From: Diplonema japonicum
Lineage: Eukaryota > Protista > Euglenozoa: Diplonemea
Reading direction: 5' to 3'
Assembly (NCBI GenBank): GCA_964019335.1
Contig: OZ025651.1
Coordinates: 496,001 to 560,000 of the forward strand
DNA length: 64,000 nt
Shown here: in pieces, positions 43,271 through 54,863 of the stretch
Layout: each line of letters opens with the position of its first letter
Numbering within the stretch: position 1 is the first letter of the stretch
Notes under the pieces: generated by a model
Database searches by the model: none
What the model was told of the DNA's origin: nothing
What the model saw: the letters and a program-made list of their open reading frames with translations, nothing else
Translations under genes and position numbers: made by a program

Positions 43271-45455
43271 TTTCTTTTTTTTCTGCTTCAAAAATGTATA
43301 CCGCAAGCCAAAGAGGGGGGCTGTACATGCCGAGGAGAGAGACAGCAGCAAGCGAGACCTTCGGGAGGATAGAAATAATAATGTTCTGCTTAACGATAGA
43401 CTTGCAGGCGCGAGCATGGCGGATAGTTGCAGGGATGCAGAGGAGATCGTCGTTGACACCAACGACAGAAGCGGACTTAGCTGCCATAGCAGTGCCACCC
43501 GCACCCATTGCCCAGCCTACGTTGGCTGCGGTCAGTGCAGGTGCGTCATTGATGCCATCACCTACCATGGCGACAGCGTTTTCCCGCATCTGCAGATTCT
43601 GGACGGCCTCAACCTTGTCTGTCGGTATCAGGTCACCCCTTGCCCTGTCAATGCCGAGCTTCCTAGCGACCACTTCCACCACTCTCCCCCTGTCCCCACT
43701 CAACAGTTCGCTTTCCACGTTTAACTCTCTCAGCTGCTTCAGCATCTCCCCTACTATAGGTCTCGGTGAGTCGAACAAGGCGTACCCCGCCACCACCTCG
43801 TCCCCCACCATCCCGAACACCATTGTCGCCTCGTCGTTCTTATCCATAAAGACCTTCAGGGACTGCGAGTTGCGTGCCTGCAAGATGCGTTTCGAGCCCA
43901 CCGTGACTTCCAGACCCCCGCACACCCCTCTGATCCCCACCCCGTCGATCACCTTGAAGTCTGTCACCTCAGGTAAGTTCAGCTTCGCGCCCATGGCCTC
44001 CACCGCTTCCGTCATGCACCCTGCGTACGAGTTCACAACAGCCGCTGCGATGGGGTGCGTCGACATCGACTCCAGTGCAATGACCGCCTTTTTGCTCTGC
44101 TCAGAAGCGTCTGCCGCAGTCCATTGATCCACGACACGGAAGTGCCCGTCGGTGAGGGTGCCTGTCTTGTCGAAGCAGATGGTGCGCAGCCCTGCAAGGG
44201 CCTCCAGGGCGTCTGCTGTCTTCACAAGCACACCTTTGCTAGCGTTGGCGGCCACACCGCACGTCGTGACGATGGGACCTGCCGTAACTAAGGCACATGG
44301 GCAGCCGAGGACAACCAAAACAAGACTGCGGTGGAAGTTGTCGGCCCAGTTAATGACAGCAGCACCCGTGAGCACAGGCCACACCATGATGGCAACAGCA
44401 AGGGACAGGATAACAGTTGTGTAGTGGCCTGCAAAAGTGTCGATGGCCGTGTGGGTGGGGGTCTTGGACGAGGCAGCGGACTCAACCATGTCCTGAATGA
44501 TGCTTGCTGTGCCCTCCTGCACTGCGGTGACCTGGATGATGAGCAGCCCGTCAAGCACGAGCGTCCCCGACATGACCGTCGCCTCACGCGCAGGAGTCTT
44601 CGAGGAGCCCTTGTGCGGCACCTTCTTCTTTGGGAGGGACTCGCCTGTCACGCTGGACTCATCGACGTGGGCGCTGTTCTCGATGACGACACCATCAGCA
44701 GGGATGCCCTCGCCGGCACGCACGATGATTTGGTCGCCCGGCTTAAGCTCTGTGATAGGGATGTCGGCGCCTGTGGACTTCAGGGTGGCGGTCATGGGGA
44801 GGCTGTCACCGCATCCGTCGACCTTGGCACGCGCGAGGGCAAGAACAGAGTGCTCGGCAATGTGTGACACAGCGATAAGCCACAGCATGGTGACGGCCTC
44901 AATGAGGTTGCCGAGGGCAGACGCACCAGCCACAGCAATGAACATCAAGGTCTGCATGTCGGGGGAAATAACACCTGCCAGTGCACGGCTGATCACGTTC
45001 TTCGCAAGGCTACTCCCACCGATGAAGATGGCGAGCCACAGAGGGGTCTGTGCCACCCGCCCGCTTGAAAAGTACCACAAAAGCAGAATGGTCTCCGAGA
45101 TGAGCGTGTAAAGGCCGGCCATGCCGAGGACGTCGCGGCGGCAGGTCTCCTCGGGGGAGAGCTGCTCGCCTTGTGTGCCTGCTTCCTTTACGTTAGCTCC
45201 TAGGTTGAGTTCGTTCAGGGCCTTCACGATTTGGCCCACAGGGGCGTTGTCGGGCTCGTACCGCACCTCCACCATGCGGCCGAGGAGGTTTACCTTGTAG
45301 TTAATTATGCCCGGCATCCCATCCAGCGCCTTGGACACAAGACGCAGCTCCATGTCGCAGCAGAGGTTGTTCAGCTTGATCTTCGATGTCATCTGTGCAC
45401 CCCCCGACTTCGCAAGCAGGTGCTGCGACTCCAATGCGTCATCGGCCGCCGACAT
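43169..45455 (-). CDS. P1B-type heavy-metal (Zn/Cd) ATPase; 2 exons (intron 43235-43301)
   Basis: N-terminal HMA domain with CCxxE, TGES, CPC, DKTGT, HP and GDGINDAPAL. Spliced end PLWLA|VSADSGCLLIVLLNGMR; ATG 45455. Confidence 0.95.
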
Positions 45456-45605
45456 TCTTTGCTTTCCTTTTCTTTCCCCTCTAGTTCCACCTGAAGTGTT
45501 GTATATGTTAAAACAAAACAAAAATAAATACATAAACATATGCCCCCCCCCAATGGTGAAAACCCGGAGAGTCTTTTTTTTTCTCTCTCTTTTCTTCTTC
45601 TTCGT

Positions 45606-46232
45606 TCATTCGGTCACGGACGGGGTGCGAACCCTTGCAGAATTGTAGATATAACGCAGATTGCTGAGAACGCCAGTTTTTCGGAGCATGTAGGCCGTGT
45701 GCGGGTGGCCTTTGGTCTCTTCAATACAAGCAGGAAACTCGGTAGGAGGGGAAGGGAGGTAACGTTTCGCGGCAGTGGCAGAATAGGTTATTTTAGCAGT
45801 GACTGGGCGGGAAATACGGGTGTAGGCTTGCTTCATTCGTGGGGTTTTGGGGTAAGGGGGTTGGGGGATCTGGCAGTATGGGTCTTGGATACACCAATGG
45901 CCTTCGAAGTTGTTGGTAGTCCCAAGGACATGCTGTACTGGTGCACTGCGCACACGGGGTTTGATCTTTTTTCGCTGGCGAACATAGTCCAGTTTCTTGA
46001 CCCACTCCCAGTACCAGGCGTCTTCCCGTTGCTTCCGGATGCTCTTTGTACCCCTCCTCCGGGGAATCGGGGTCACACAGACCACAGACGGCACATCGGG
46101 TATGATGTCATGCTTCCCCTGCGCTGAAGGGACTCCAGTTGCATTAGTCTCGTCATCTCCCAGAAGTTTTTTGTGCATCGTCTCGATTTTTCGTTTCATT
46201 CGGCTCCACTCCGTCTTTGTGTCATGAGACAT
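45606..46232 (-). CDS. Hypothetical basic protein, 208 aa
   Basis: ATG-initiated, co-oriented ORF; no motif recognised. Confidence 0.6.
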   Translation of the reverse strand: MSHDTKTEWSRMKRKIETMHKKLLGDDETNATGVPSAQGKHDIIPDVPSVVCVTPIPRRRGTKSIRKQREDAWYWEWVKKLDYVRQRKKIKPRVRSAPVQHVLGTTNNFEGHWCIQDPYCQIPQPPYPKTPRMKQAYTRISRPVTAKITYSATAAKRYLPSPPTEFPACIEETKGHPHTAYMLRKTGVLSNLRYIYNSARVRTPSVTE

Positions 46233-47004
46233 TCACTTGCGCCTTTAAAGATGTAAAAAGGTGTAACGAATAAAAAAAAAATAAAATAAAGGGTATGGAA
46301 ATAGAAGGGGGAGAGAGGCATTATGTATTTGGTGAAAATCCCTTTTAAGTTGGTGATTTGTCATTTACACAGAGAAGGAAGAAAAAAAAAGAAGAAGAAA
46401 TATAACAAAAATAAAAATAAACAGGGAATCGGGTCCAAAAAAAAATGAGAATCGGAAGAGAAAGAAAGAAAAAAGGAAGGTGGAGAGAGAGAAAGGGAGG
46501 GGGGGGGAATAAAACACCCTTTTTCTTTTTCAGTTTTTCTTTCTTTTTCTCTTTTTTTTTTTCTTCTAAGAAATTTCTGAGCAAAACTTTCTCATCAAAA
46601 AAAAAAATCCAGTTTGCAAATACAAGTTTGTTAATTTTTGCACCAGCTTTTTTTTCTTCTTTTTTTTTTCCCGTTGCTTTTTTTCTTGCATTTTTGCCCC
46701 GTTCAAAAAGATTTTTCCTGTTTGCTGGGGAGGGGTAAGCACCCTGCCCTCGTAACGAGAAGAAAAAGCCACAAGAAAACCAACAAAAAAAAGAGAAAGA
46801 ATCTTTTCAAAAAAAAGGGGGGGGGGCAGAAAGAAAAAGAAAGGGGTTGAATGGGTCCTGGGAAGGCTATAAATAACCCCCTTTTTTTTTCCTCTCTTCT
46901 TTTTTTTCCCCCTCCCTCGTTCCTTTGTACAATAAAAAAAAAGGGAGGGGGGAAATAAAAAAAATGGTGTAAATCAAAAAAAAAAAAAAAGAGTGGGTCG
47001 GTCC

Positions 47005-47366
47005 CTAGCGCTGAGCTATACTGAGAATTATGCAACCAAACTCTTCAAAGTCGACCTTTCCGTCACTGGATTTTTTTTTTTTTTTTTTCTTCCATACTCA
47101 CGAATTGCATATTTGGCAATCTGCATATCAATCTCCCGATCAGAATACTCGACACCGAAGTTGTCAAAGTCTTTATAAACCCTCTTGACTTCTTCCTTTT
47201 CCAGGAAACCTGAGCCGTCTGCGTCGAATGAGTTGAACAGTTCCCTTAACCTTGAGTCCGTGACAGGGAGGCCTCCAATGTTATTCTCCATCTCCTCTGG
47301 GCTAAGGTGCCTGTTGTTGTTGTGCCCTTTTACAAAAGGGTTCGCTGCGGTAGACACACGCATCAT
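47005..47366 (-). CDS. Small two-EF-hand calcium-binding protein; 2 exons (32-nt intron 47066-47097)
   Basis: EF1 DADGSGFLEKEE. Splicing GTATGG...CCAG gives KYAIRDDGKVDFEEFGCIILSIAQR*. Confidence 0.88.
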
Positions 47367-47870
47367 TATAGGTTTTTTTTTTGTTGTCCCTATTAATGCA
47401 ATTTTTTTATATTTAAAAAAAGGGGGGGGGTAAATCGGGTGTAGGAACGGGAAGGGGAATTGGGGAGAAGGGGGGGGGGGGGAGAAAAGAATACACTATA
47501 AAAATCTTTTTTTTGTGCCCAATAATAAATGGTAAAAAAAAAAGGCCCCACAAAAAGGGGAAGGGGGGAAGGGGAAAAAAGGGTTTTGTCAACCCCCCCT
47601 TCCCCCCGTCCCCCTTTTGCAGGTGTTATTGATACAAAACACTGTAAAAAAAAAAAAGAAAGAAACAAAAAAAAACAACAGATAACACTGTGGAAAAAAA
47701 AAAAATCACGTGGTAGTAGGAAGTAACAAATAAAAAACAAATAAAAAAAAAAAAGAAGAAGAAAAAAAAGAAAAAAAAAACCTTTTTTATTCTATAAACA
47801 AATCTCATTCAACGTACGTGTTGCTCTGGATGGTTTTTTTTTTTTTTTTTTTTTTTTTTTTCCTTCAATT

Positions 47871-48539
47871 TCACTTGCATACCAGTGTCATCGGTTTCCA
47901 TGCAACCCTGGGTGTCTCTTTGATCAACAAAGGGGTATGGTACCAAGGGTGGACCCATTGGTCCAAGTACTCCTCACCAGGCCGCAGGGGAGTGATGCCC
48001 CCAAGCTCCCTCACAAAATCATCAAGCACAGGATGGGTTATGAAAGCAGTATCAGCGTCATAGTACGTGAAAACCCAGAGGAACGTCCAAAGCCCCGTCA
48101 TCAGCAAAAGCCCTAGTACCCTGTCTTCGATGGGGTGGCGTGGGAGGTACATTCCGTACTTCGCAGCAAGCTGCTCGGGTGTGAGGTTCTTGATTTCCCA
48201 TTGTTCCATGGCCACTCTCGCTTCGTGGTTGGGGCCGGGCCAGAATTCAAATGAATGGGTGAACCGATCGCCGTGACCACCAGGCACGGGATCTTTGAAC
48301 ATAATCGCTTGTTCCTCCGGGTAAATATTATCCCTGTAAAACCACTTGTTGTTAGGGCTCACCACCACTGCCCACGCACGCCTCCACCAGTATTTACTCC
48401 TTGGGTCCGGTGTTCCCGGCCCGGTCACCTCAAGCAGAGTGTGGTCGTGGACCCGTTGATACGCAAGGAAATAATGTTTCCAACTGTTGGTTTGACCTGT
48501 GTATTTCAACATCGCCCTGCCGGGATTTGTAGGCCGCAT
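47871..48539 (-). CDS. Hypothetical protein, 222 aa, one TM helix (possibly mitochondrial)
   Basis: AAAAATG start, aromatic-rich, TM segment VLGLLLMTGLWTFLWVFTYY. Confidence 0.75.
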   Translation of the reverse strand: MRPTNPGRAMLKYTGQTNSWKHYFLAYQRVHDHTLLEVTGPGTPDPRSKYWWRRAWAVVVSPNNKWFYRDNIYPEEQAIMFKDPVPGGHGDRFTHSFEFWPGPNHEARVAMEQWEIKNLTPEQLAAKYGMYLPRHPIEDRVLGLLLMTGLWTFLWVFTYYDADTAFITHPVLDDFVRELGGITPLRPGEEYLDQWVHPWYHTPLLIKETPRVAWKPMTLVCK

Positions 48540-48669
48540 TTTTTTTTTTTTTTTTTTTTGGTGTGTGCTTTATTTGCTACCTTTTTTTTTTTTTTTTTTG
48601 AGAACGGGGGACTAGAAAAAAAAAATATATAAAAAAAATCTCGTTTTTTTTTTTTTTTTTTTTTTTTTT

Positions 48670-48822
48670 TTATTCCATCTTCTCTCCCTTGTCCCTCGGG
48701 GGGACCTTCTTCGTCCCCACGGTGAACAGCTGGCTCATAATCACGGCTAACATCAGCAAATGAAACCCAACAAGCCCGCCCACAGCGAGCCATATTGTAG
48801 GGATACCTTCTGTGCTACCCAT
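48670..48822 (-). CDS. 50-aa single-pass membrane microprotein (below ORF-track cutoff)
   Basis: AAAAAAATG then MGSTEGIPTIWLAVGGLVGFHLLMLAVIMSQLFTVGTKKVPPRDKGEKME*. The ORF fills a GC-rich island exactly between homopolymer spacers. Confidence 0.7.
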   Translation of the reverse strand: MGSTEGIPTIWLAVGGLVGFHLLMLAVIMSQLFTVGTKKVPPRDKGEKME

Positions 48823-49081
48823 TTTTTTCCCCTCTCCCTCTTCTTTTTTTTTCTTTTTTCTTTACAACACCACCACCACCACTCCCTCTGTATAAGAAAT
48901 ATGATTAGGACGCATTTTTACAGAGAAAGAAGAAAACAAAAAACTACTACCAGAAAAAAAAAAAAAAAAAGGGAAAAAAAAAAAAAAAACAGCAACAAAC
49001 AAAAAACATACACTGTTTCTTCTTATTATTTTTTTTTTTTTTTTGTTCTTTATTTTTTTTTTTTTTCTCCCTCTCTCAAAT

Positions 49082-49867
49082 CTAGAAAAACGGATGGTGC
49101 CTAACTTCGATGTAGCTACTGAGCCCAGAAAATCGTTCCACCGGTTTGACAGGAGCGGGATCCAGGTTTTTCGCCAGCTGAGTATCGTAAAGAGAAGTGG
49201 CTTCAAGAGCTTTGGAAGCAAGATATTTTCTTGTATAATGAGTAGTCCAGGGCTGCGTACCGGTGACCATGCTCAGAATAGAATGGTACTGGGTGTGGTG
49301 GCTAGCGGTGATCACACGCGCATGGTTTTTTGCAGCGCAGCGCAGGAGGGCAGACCCGCCGATATCAAAGCCTGGTGCCATGTTGCATACAACCATGTCG
49401 ATGGGGCAGAGACCGTGAGCAGCCAACTCAGCACGCTCTTCAGGGGACGATGCGAGGACTCCACCGTGTACTGCTGGCTGAAGGGTTTTGATCCCACCGT
49501 TGAACAGCTTGGTGATTTGTCCACCTGCCTCTATGATGTCGCCTACATCCTTTGCAGGGACGCCTTCCTCGGTGAGTTTTTTTAATGTGCCTCCGCAGGA
49601 CCATACTTCCCACCCTGCATTGTTAAGCCCCTTCATGAACTCAGTCACTGCTGTTTTGTCATACACCGTCACCAGCACCACCTTGTTCTCCTTTTTGACT
49701 TCCACAAATGGAAACGCCTGCTCCTCCTTAGCAGGTGTTCCGGCCGGTTCTATCCGCGGGGTCACGGACTTCCGTACCTTCTTCTTCTTCTTCTTCAGAG
49801 GGGTCGCCTGAACCACTTCCGATGGAGGTGTGGCCGGCGTTGCTATTTTTTTTGTAGTTTTCGTCAT
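49082..49867 (-). CDS. Stand-alone, divergent PurH IMP-cyclohydrolase (MGS-like) domain with basic N-terminal extension
   Basis: VTVYDKT, SCGGT, GIKTLQPAVHGG, IDMVVCN and DIGG..LLRCAAKNH; no transformylase domain. Confidence 0.82.
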   Translation of the reverse strand: MTKTTKKIATPATPPSEVVQATPLKKKKKKVRKSVTPRIEPAGTPAKEEQAFPFVEVKKENKVVLVTVYDKTAVTEFMKGLNNAGWEVWSCGGTLKKLTEEGVPAKDVGDIIEAGGQITKLFNGGIKTLQPAVHGGVLASSPEERAELAAHGLCPIDMVVCNMAPGFDIGGSALLRCAAKNHARVITASHHTQYHSILSMVTGTQPWTTHYTRKYLASKALEATSLYDTQLAKNLDPAPVKPVERFSGLSSYIEVRHHPFF

Positions 49868-50047
49868 TTTTTTTTCTTCACCCCCTCCCCCTCTTCTTTT
49901 TTTTTGTTTGCTACTGTTCGAAAAATGGGTGGGAGGGGAAGAAAGAAGTTTTTTTCTTTTTTTTCCTCTTGGTTTATCAACAAATACAAAAAAAAAAAAA
50001 AAAAAAAAAAAAAAGAAAGAATCTAAAATAAAGAGGAGGTCCCTTTC

Positions 50048-50671
50048 TCAATGCAACCCTTGTTTTTTCTCCAGCTCGTTAATCTCGGACCTCAGGACGG
50101 ACCGCTGCTGTTCCAAGGAGTCCAAGCTGCTTCTGAGCCTGGCGTGCTCCTCTCCCTCCTCGCATTCTAGCTTCGCGGCCCGTCTTTCCGTGTATGCTAT
50201 CTGAGCGTCAGTAACTGATATCTGCTGCTGCCGGGACTTGATGCCCTCCAGCACGGCTACAGGGGTGTCCGGGTGGGTGGAGGTAAGAAGGGATCCTATA
50301 GTCTCCAGGGCAGGTCTGATGGTGTTGAAGGAGCTCGGCTGGACAGATAAAAGGACATTTATTTGCACAAGCACTGTGTGAATGATGTTGCTTTGTATCT
50401 GAACTTTCTCTTTTAGAGCAATGTTTTCGTCCTCAAGCTGCCTAACCACGTCTCCTACAAGGTTTTCAGGGTCGGTATCCTCTCTCTCTAGGCTTTTGAG
50501 CCTTCCACATAAGGCTGCTCGTTTTTCTTGCAACTTGTCTTCTCCTTCTCTTTCACGTTCAGTTGGTTCCGCAGATCCTGCCTGGAGCTCTTTTATTTGC
50601 TTTAAAAGCGCAGCGTGCCTGGCGTCTTCTGCCTCTTCTAGCTGGATCGGGGTAATCGTTTTATGTAGCAT
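50048..50671 (-). CDS. Hypothetical coiled-coil protein
   Basis: ORF from MLHKTIT (ATG 50671), rich in heptad repeats. Confidence 0.7.
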   Translation of the reverse strand: MLHKTITPIQLEEAEDARHAALLKQIKELQAGSAEPTEREREGEDKLQEKRAALCGRLKSLEREDTDPENLVGDVVRQLEDENIALKEKVQIQSNIIHTVLVQINVLLSVQPSSFNTIRPALETIGSLLTSTHPDTPVAVLEGIKSRQQQISVTDAQIAYTERRAAKLECEEGEEHARLRSSLDSLEQQRSVLRSEINELEKKQGLH

Positions 50672-51125
50672 TCCCCCCCCCCCCCCCCCTTTCGGAGTGG
50701 TGAATAAAGGGGGAAAGAAAGGAAGAACAATTTTTTTTTCTGTGTGCGGAAAGAAACGAAAAGGAAACAAAAAAAAAAAGGAATATGGGGGCGTAAAGTA
50801 TAACTTGGTGGTCTTTTGCTGTTTCAAAATAAAAAAATTTAAACAAAAAAAAAGAACATTTTTTTTTTTTACTCGAAGACACACACAGGAACAAAGTAGC
50901 TTCTTTTTTTTTTTGAGAAAATAAATAAATAAATAAAAAAGAAAACTTAGCTACAAAGGTAAGGGGATAAAAAAAAAATAGGGAAGCAGGTCCACATAAA
51001 AAAAAAAAAGGAGAAATTTTTTCGAGCACGAACCACCCGTAGTGATGTGCCTTTTCTATGGATATTCTCCAAAAAAAAAACATTTTTGAAACCTCTCTTT
51101 TTTGTTCTTATCCGTCCACCCCCCC

Positions 51126-51156
<31 letters not shown>

Positions 51157-51925
51157 ACACACATCATTGTGCAAAGATTGGGCGAATTCAACCCTGAAAT
51201 GAAAACGCAAAACAATCGGGAACTAAACAGAAATGGGGGAAGGGGCTCTTTTTTTTTTTTTCGTCGTTTCTTTTTTCTCCTTCTTGCATGGGCTTCTTGC
51301 TTCCCCTCCCCAGTCATTTCCCACGTTCCCGCTTTCTTTTCTTTTTTTTTTTCTGCTACACACTAGCCCAATGAAAAGGGAAAAAAAAACAAAAGGAACC
51401 CGAACTGTGCCCATCAATACAGCCTACGAAGAGGATTAGAGGTGAAGGGATATGAGAGGATACGTAAAAAGAGAGAAAAAAAGGGGGGGGGGGGCATCGT
51501 ATTTTTTTGAGAATAATTATAGCACGGGGCAAAACAGGGCCTAATGGCAACTGCCGCAACATTTTCTTTTCCCTTTCATCTTTTTTTTTTTTTTTTTTTT
51601 TTCCTGCTTCCTTCTTTTTGTTTCTTTTTTCACCCGGAAAAAGAGGAGGAGGAGGGGGATAATAACGCGAGAAAAAATTGCTCAGTGAATAAAACTGAAA
51701 ACTCTGACACACATTTTCTTTTTTTTTTTCTTTTTTTCCTCTCTCTTTATCACCGCCACCCAGGAAAATACCTTCATTTCATTTCATGAGGAATTCACTC
51801 CACAATAATTGTAACTTTCTGCCCAAGCCCTTGGGTAAAAAGTAGAAGAAAAAAAAAAGAAAAAAAAAAAGAAGGGGAAAACAAGAAAAGGAAAACCTTC
51901 TCCAATTTGGCTAAATGCTTGAACC

Positions 51926-51961
<36 letters not shown>

Positions 51962-52578
51962 CCCTGTTTCGCTTGCCCATGCTCTGCCCTTTGGTGATTG
52001 AAGTTGGAATAGTAACACTAACACCTAGAAAGGTAGCAGACAGCAAATCTACGTAAAAGGAAGAGAAAGAAGAAGAAAAAAAAAAAAGAAAGAAAGAAAA
52101 ACCAGATTTTTAAGGTTATAATTTGTGTTTTCGCGTTCACCAGCTAAGATGGGCCTCCCTCACTGGGAACGCCCATGCCCCCTCTTCGTCGGGGAGATTC
52201 TCATGAATATTCCCTGGTAGTCAGGTCGTCCCTACACTGGCCCTCTGCGGCAGCCGGGTCACTCTTGCCCCTTACAGGGTATAACAAAAAAAAGAAAAAA
52301 AAAGAAATGGGGCTTTGATTGCAACACTAGGTGACGTTAAGCGTGCAATAAGGAAACTTAGGAAAAAAGGGAATGAGAGGAGAGGAAAGAAGAAAAAAAA
52401 AAAAGGAAAAGAAAGAGAGGACTTTTTTGATGGGAGAGAGATCATGCTCTCGAACCTTTTTTTTTTTTTTTTTTTTTTTTTTTATTCTCCCTTTTCTCAC
52501 GACCGTTCTATGTACTTTTTTTTTTTTTTATTATTATATTTATAATGTTCACTTTCGTTCTCTTGCCAATCTCTTCTC

Positions 52579-52950
52579 TTAACCCGTAGTAGCTTCATCG
52601 CTGAAGCCACCGGATTCACTGGTGGTATAGTCACCAGGGATGAAAACTACGCACGAGGAAGGTGCTGAAGGTGGATGGATATTTAGCTCGCTCTGCGACA
52701 GCAGCGTCTCTGGGTTAGTTCGGGTTAGATGGTAAGTGGAAGAGTAGTCACTGGCGTCCCCTCTAATATTTACTTTGGAGTTTTTCAACAGTTCACCGGT
52801 TCCTTGCACATCCTGCAGGGCCCGTATCCTGTTATGAGCCTGTTGAACTAGCAGCGCTCCTTGCCATTTTAACTTGTCCTGCGACCCATCTTCTTGCCTT
52901 GCCGGCTTTGTCGGCGATCGTTGTTCTTTCTTTGACCCACTACAGCCCAT
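52579..52950 (-). CDS. Small protein with N-terminal dual-acylation motif MGCSGSK
   Basis: Gly2/Cys3/Ser6 myristoylation-palmitoylation pattern; AAAATG start context. Confidence 0.7.
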   Translation of the reverse strand: MGCSGSKKEQRSPTKPARQEDGSQDKLKWQGALLVQQAHNRIRALQDVQGTGELLKNSKVNIRGDASDYSSTYHLTRTNPETLLSQSELNIHPPSAPSSCVVFIPGDYTTSESGGFSDEATTG

Positions 52951-52973
52951 TTTGCATTGTGTGTTTGAATGGG

Positions 52974-53004
<31 letters not shown>

Positions 53005-53036
53005 TGTATTTGTTTAACGAAAGGAAGGGGCGCGGG

Positions 53037-53075
<39 letters not shown>

Positions 53076-53387
53076 GAATAAAAAAAAACTAAGCCTGAAT
53101 TGTGAATGTGCCAGATTGACAGGGGCCGTGAGAGAAAAAAAAAAAAAAAAGAAACCTCTGAGGCGACGCGCTTCTTCTTCCTCTTTTTTTTTCTCTTACC
53201 CCTTTCAAATCCAATACGCAAGTTTCCGGAAGAAGAAAAAAAAAAAACTCCAACTTTTATCATAACTCCTAATTAATATTCCAATCAAAAAAATTTACCT
53301 CCCCCTCCTTCTTCCTTTTTTTTTTTTGACCGCCAGGTTTCCTTTTTCTTTCCGTGACACTAAAATAAAAAGATTTTTTTTTCTAAG

Positions 53388-54707
53388 TTAGACCTCCTCA
53401 ATCGAAGTAGAGTCATTGCCGCCTTGTGTGTCGTCTTCCAAAGACTCATTCTCGTTCAACACATTGTACACACGGCCGTCTTGTCGCAAGGGGTGGGAAC
53501 GGGTAGGATCTGAAGATCCCTCTTGTTGCTGCTCGTTGGATGTGTCCCTCTCTCGGAGAAGCTTCGCCTTTGCGTTCATGTAAAAAACGCCGCCTGTAAA
53601 AATAATAAGCATTCCCGCTCCCTTGAACACCGTGAAGACCTCTGAGAATACCAAAACACCTAAAATGATGGTCATGACATCCTTGGCGTGGCCTGTGATG
53701 GCAAGGGTCAACGCGGAGGCGATTTGAACCAACGCAAGCTCAGCGAAAAGAAGTCCAATTGCTGCGACACCTCCGAAAGACACGATCAGCGCGATAATAA
53801 TCGAGTCTGAGAAGGAGCTCCACCGTTCATCGTGGGTGATGGTCGCTCCCTCCACCGCCCCCGCTAAAATCGCTGATACAACAGTGGCTGCAGGTGAGAT
53901 ATACATCAATACTTTAAACCGCATTTCCATTTTCGAGGTGTCTGATAGTGCTGAACCCGCCGATGGCTTCATAACGAGTTCCGTGGCAACCCAACGAATA
54001 CTACCGCACAAAGCTGCCCCTGCCGCCATTAGAACACCAATGGCTGTCTTTGTGGCATGATCAGTGCCACCGTCATCGCTACCAGATGCTTCGTTAAGAC
54101 GATCGCCCACAAGTGCCGTCAGAATACCACATACAATTATAAACACCGAGAAGGTGAGGGAAAGATTCGGAGGTTGGACCTTCATGATCAAGGACAGCAC
54201 GTAGGTGAACACCAACGTTGAGCTCTTCACGATCGTGACCAAACCCAGATCGATAAACCCTGCCACAGCTTGATTCGTGAGGCATATGTCAAGGCCTGTT
54301 GCTAGTCCGACAGGAATTGCGCTGATCAGCATTGCCTTGTCGAACACCAAGGACTTTTCAGACCCTGCTGCAAGTAAGTATAGGAATGCTAAAACACCCT
54401 TCAAGAACATGTGCCATGCTGTTACCGACAACGGGTAGTTGAAGCCGTCCATCGCGTAGAAGTATATCCACTTGTTGTAGTTGCTCAGCCATGTCGAGGT
54501 TGCGAACCATATCAGAGCCATGCTCGCTACGTCGCATACGATCTTTCGTTGCTGTGAGATGCATTCTGCGCGTTTCAGTAATTTGCTCCCAGCGGACCCG
54601 AGCAGCATCAGCGCTATGAAGATCACCATCGGTTTTACGTTCAATGCTGGCAGCCCGTCGGAAGAGGAGGAGTCCCCATAGCTCACGGTTTCGGTCGCGT
54701 TGGACAT
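53388..54707 (-). CDS. SLC35 / triose-phosphate-translocator-family transporter (SLC35C2-like)
   Basis: YNKW, FNYPL..T..H, GLDI.LTN, VKSS, RW...E, SALT..I.G..K; about 10 TM segments. Confidence 0.9.
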   Translation of the reverse strand: MSNATETVSYGDSSSSDGLPALNVKPMVIFIALMLLGSAGSKLLKRAECISQQRKIVCDVASMALIWFATSTWLSNYNKWIYFYAMDGFNYPLSVTAWHMFLKGVLAFLYLLAAGSEKSLVFDKAMLISAIPVGLATGLDICLTNQAVAGFIDLGLVTIVKSSTLVFTYVLSLIMKVQPPNLSLTFSVFIIVCGILTALVGDRLNEASGSDDGGTDHATKTAIGVLMAAGAALCGSIRWVATELVMKPSAGSALSDTSKMEMRFKVLMYISPAATVVSAILAGAVEGATITHDERWSSFSDSIIIALIVSFGGVAAIGLLFAELALVQIASALTLAITGHAKDVMTIILGVLVFSEVFTVFKGAGMLIIFTGGVFYMNAKAKLLRERDTSNEQQQEGSSDPTRSHPLRQDGRVYNVLNENESLEDDTQGGNDSTSIEEV

Positions 54708-54863
54708 CCGCCCCCCTCCCCCTCCCCCTCCCCCCCTCCTATTGTTTGGATTGTTTTACGAGTTACTTGAAAACAAAAAAAAAATGAAAGAAAAAAAAAG
54801 GAAAGAGAAAACTCTAGTTCTATAAAAACACATGGGGGGGGGGGGGCACTTTTAAATTAACAT

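Noticed and set aside
50900-52110. Small complex-sequence islands as microexons of a hidden gene
   Set aside because: I could not assemble a consistent GT-AG, in-frame model with a recognisable product.
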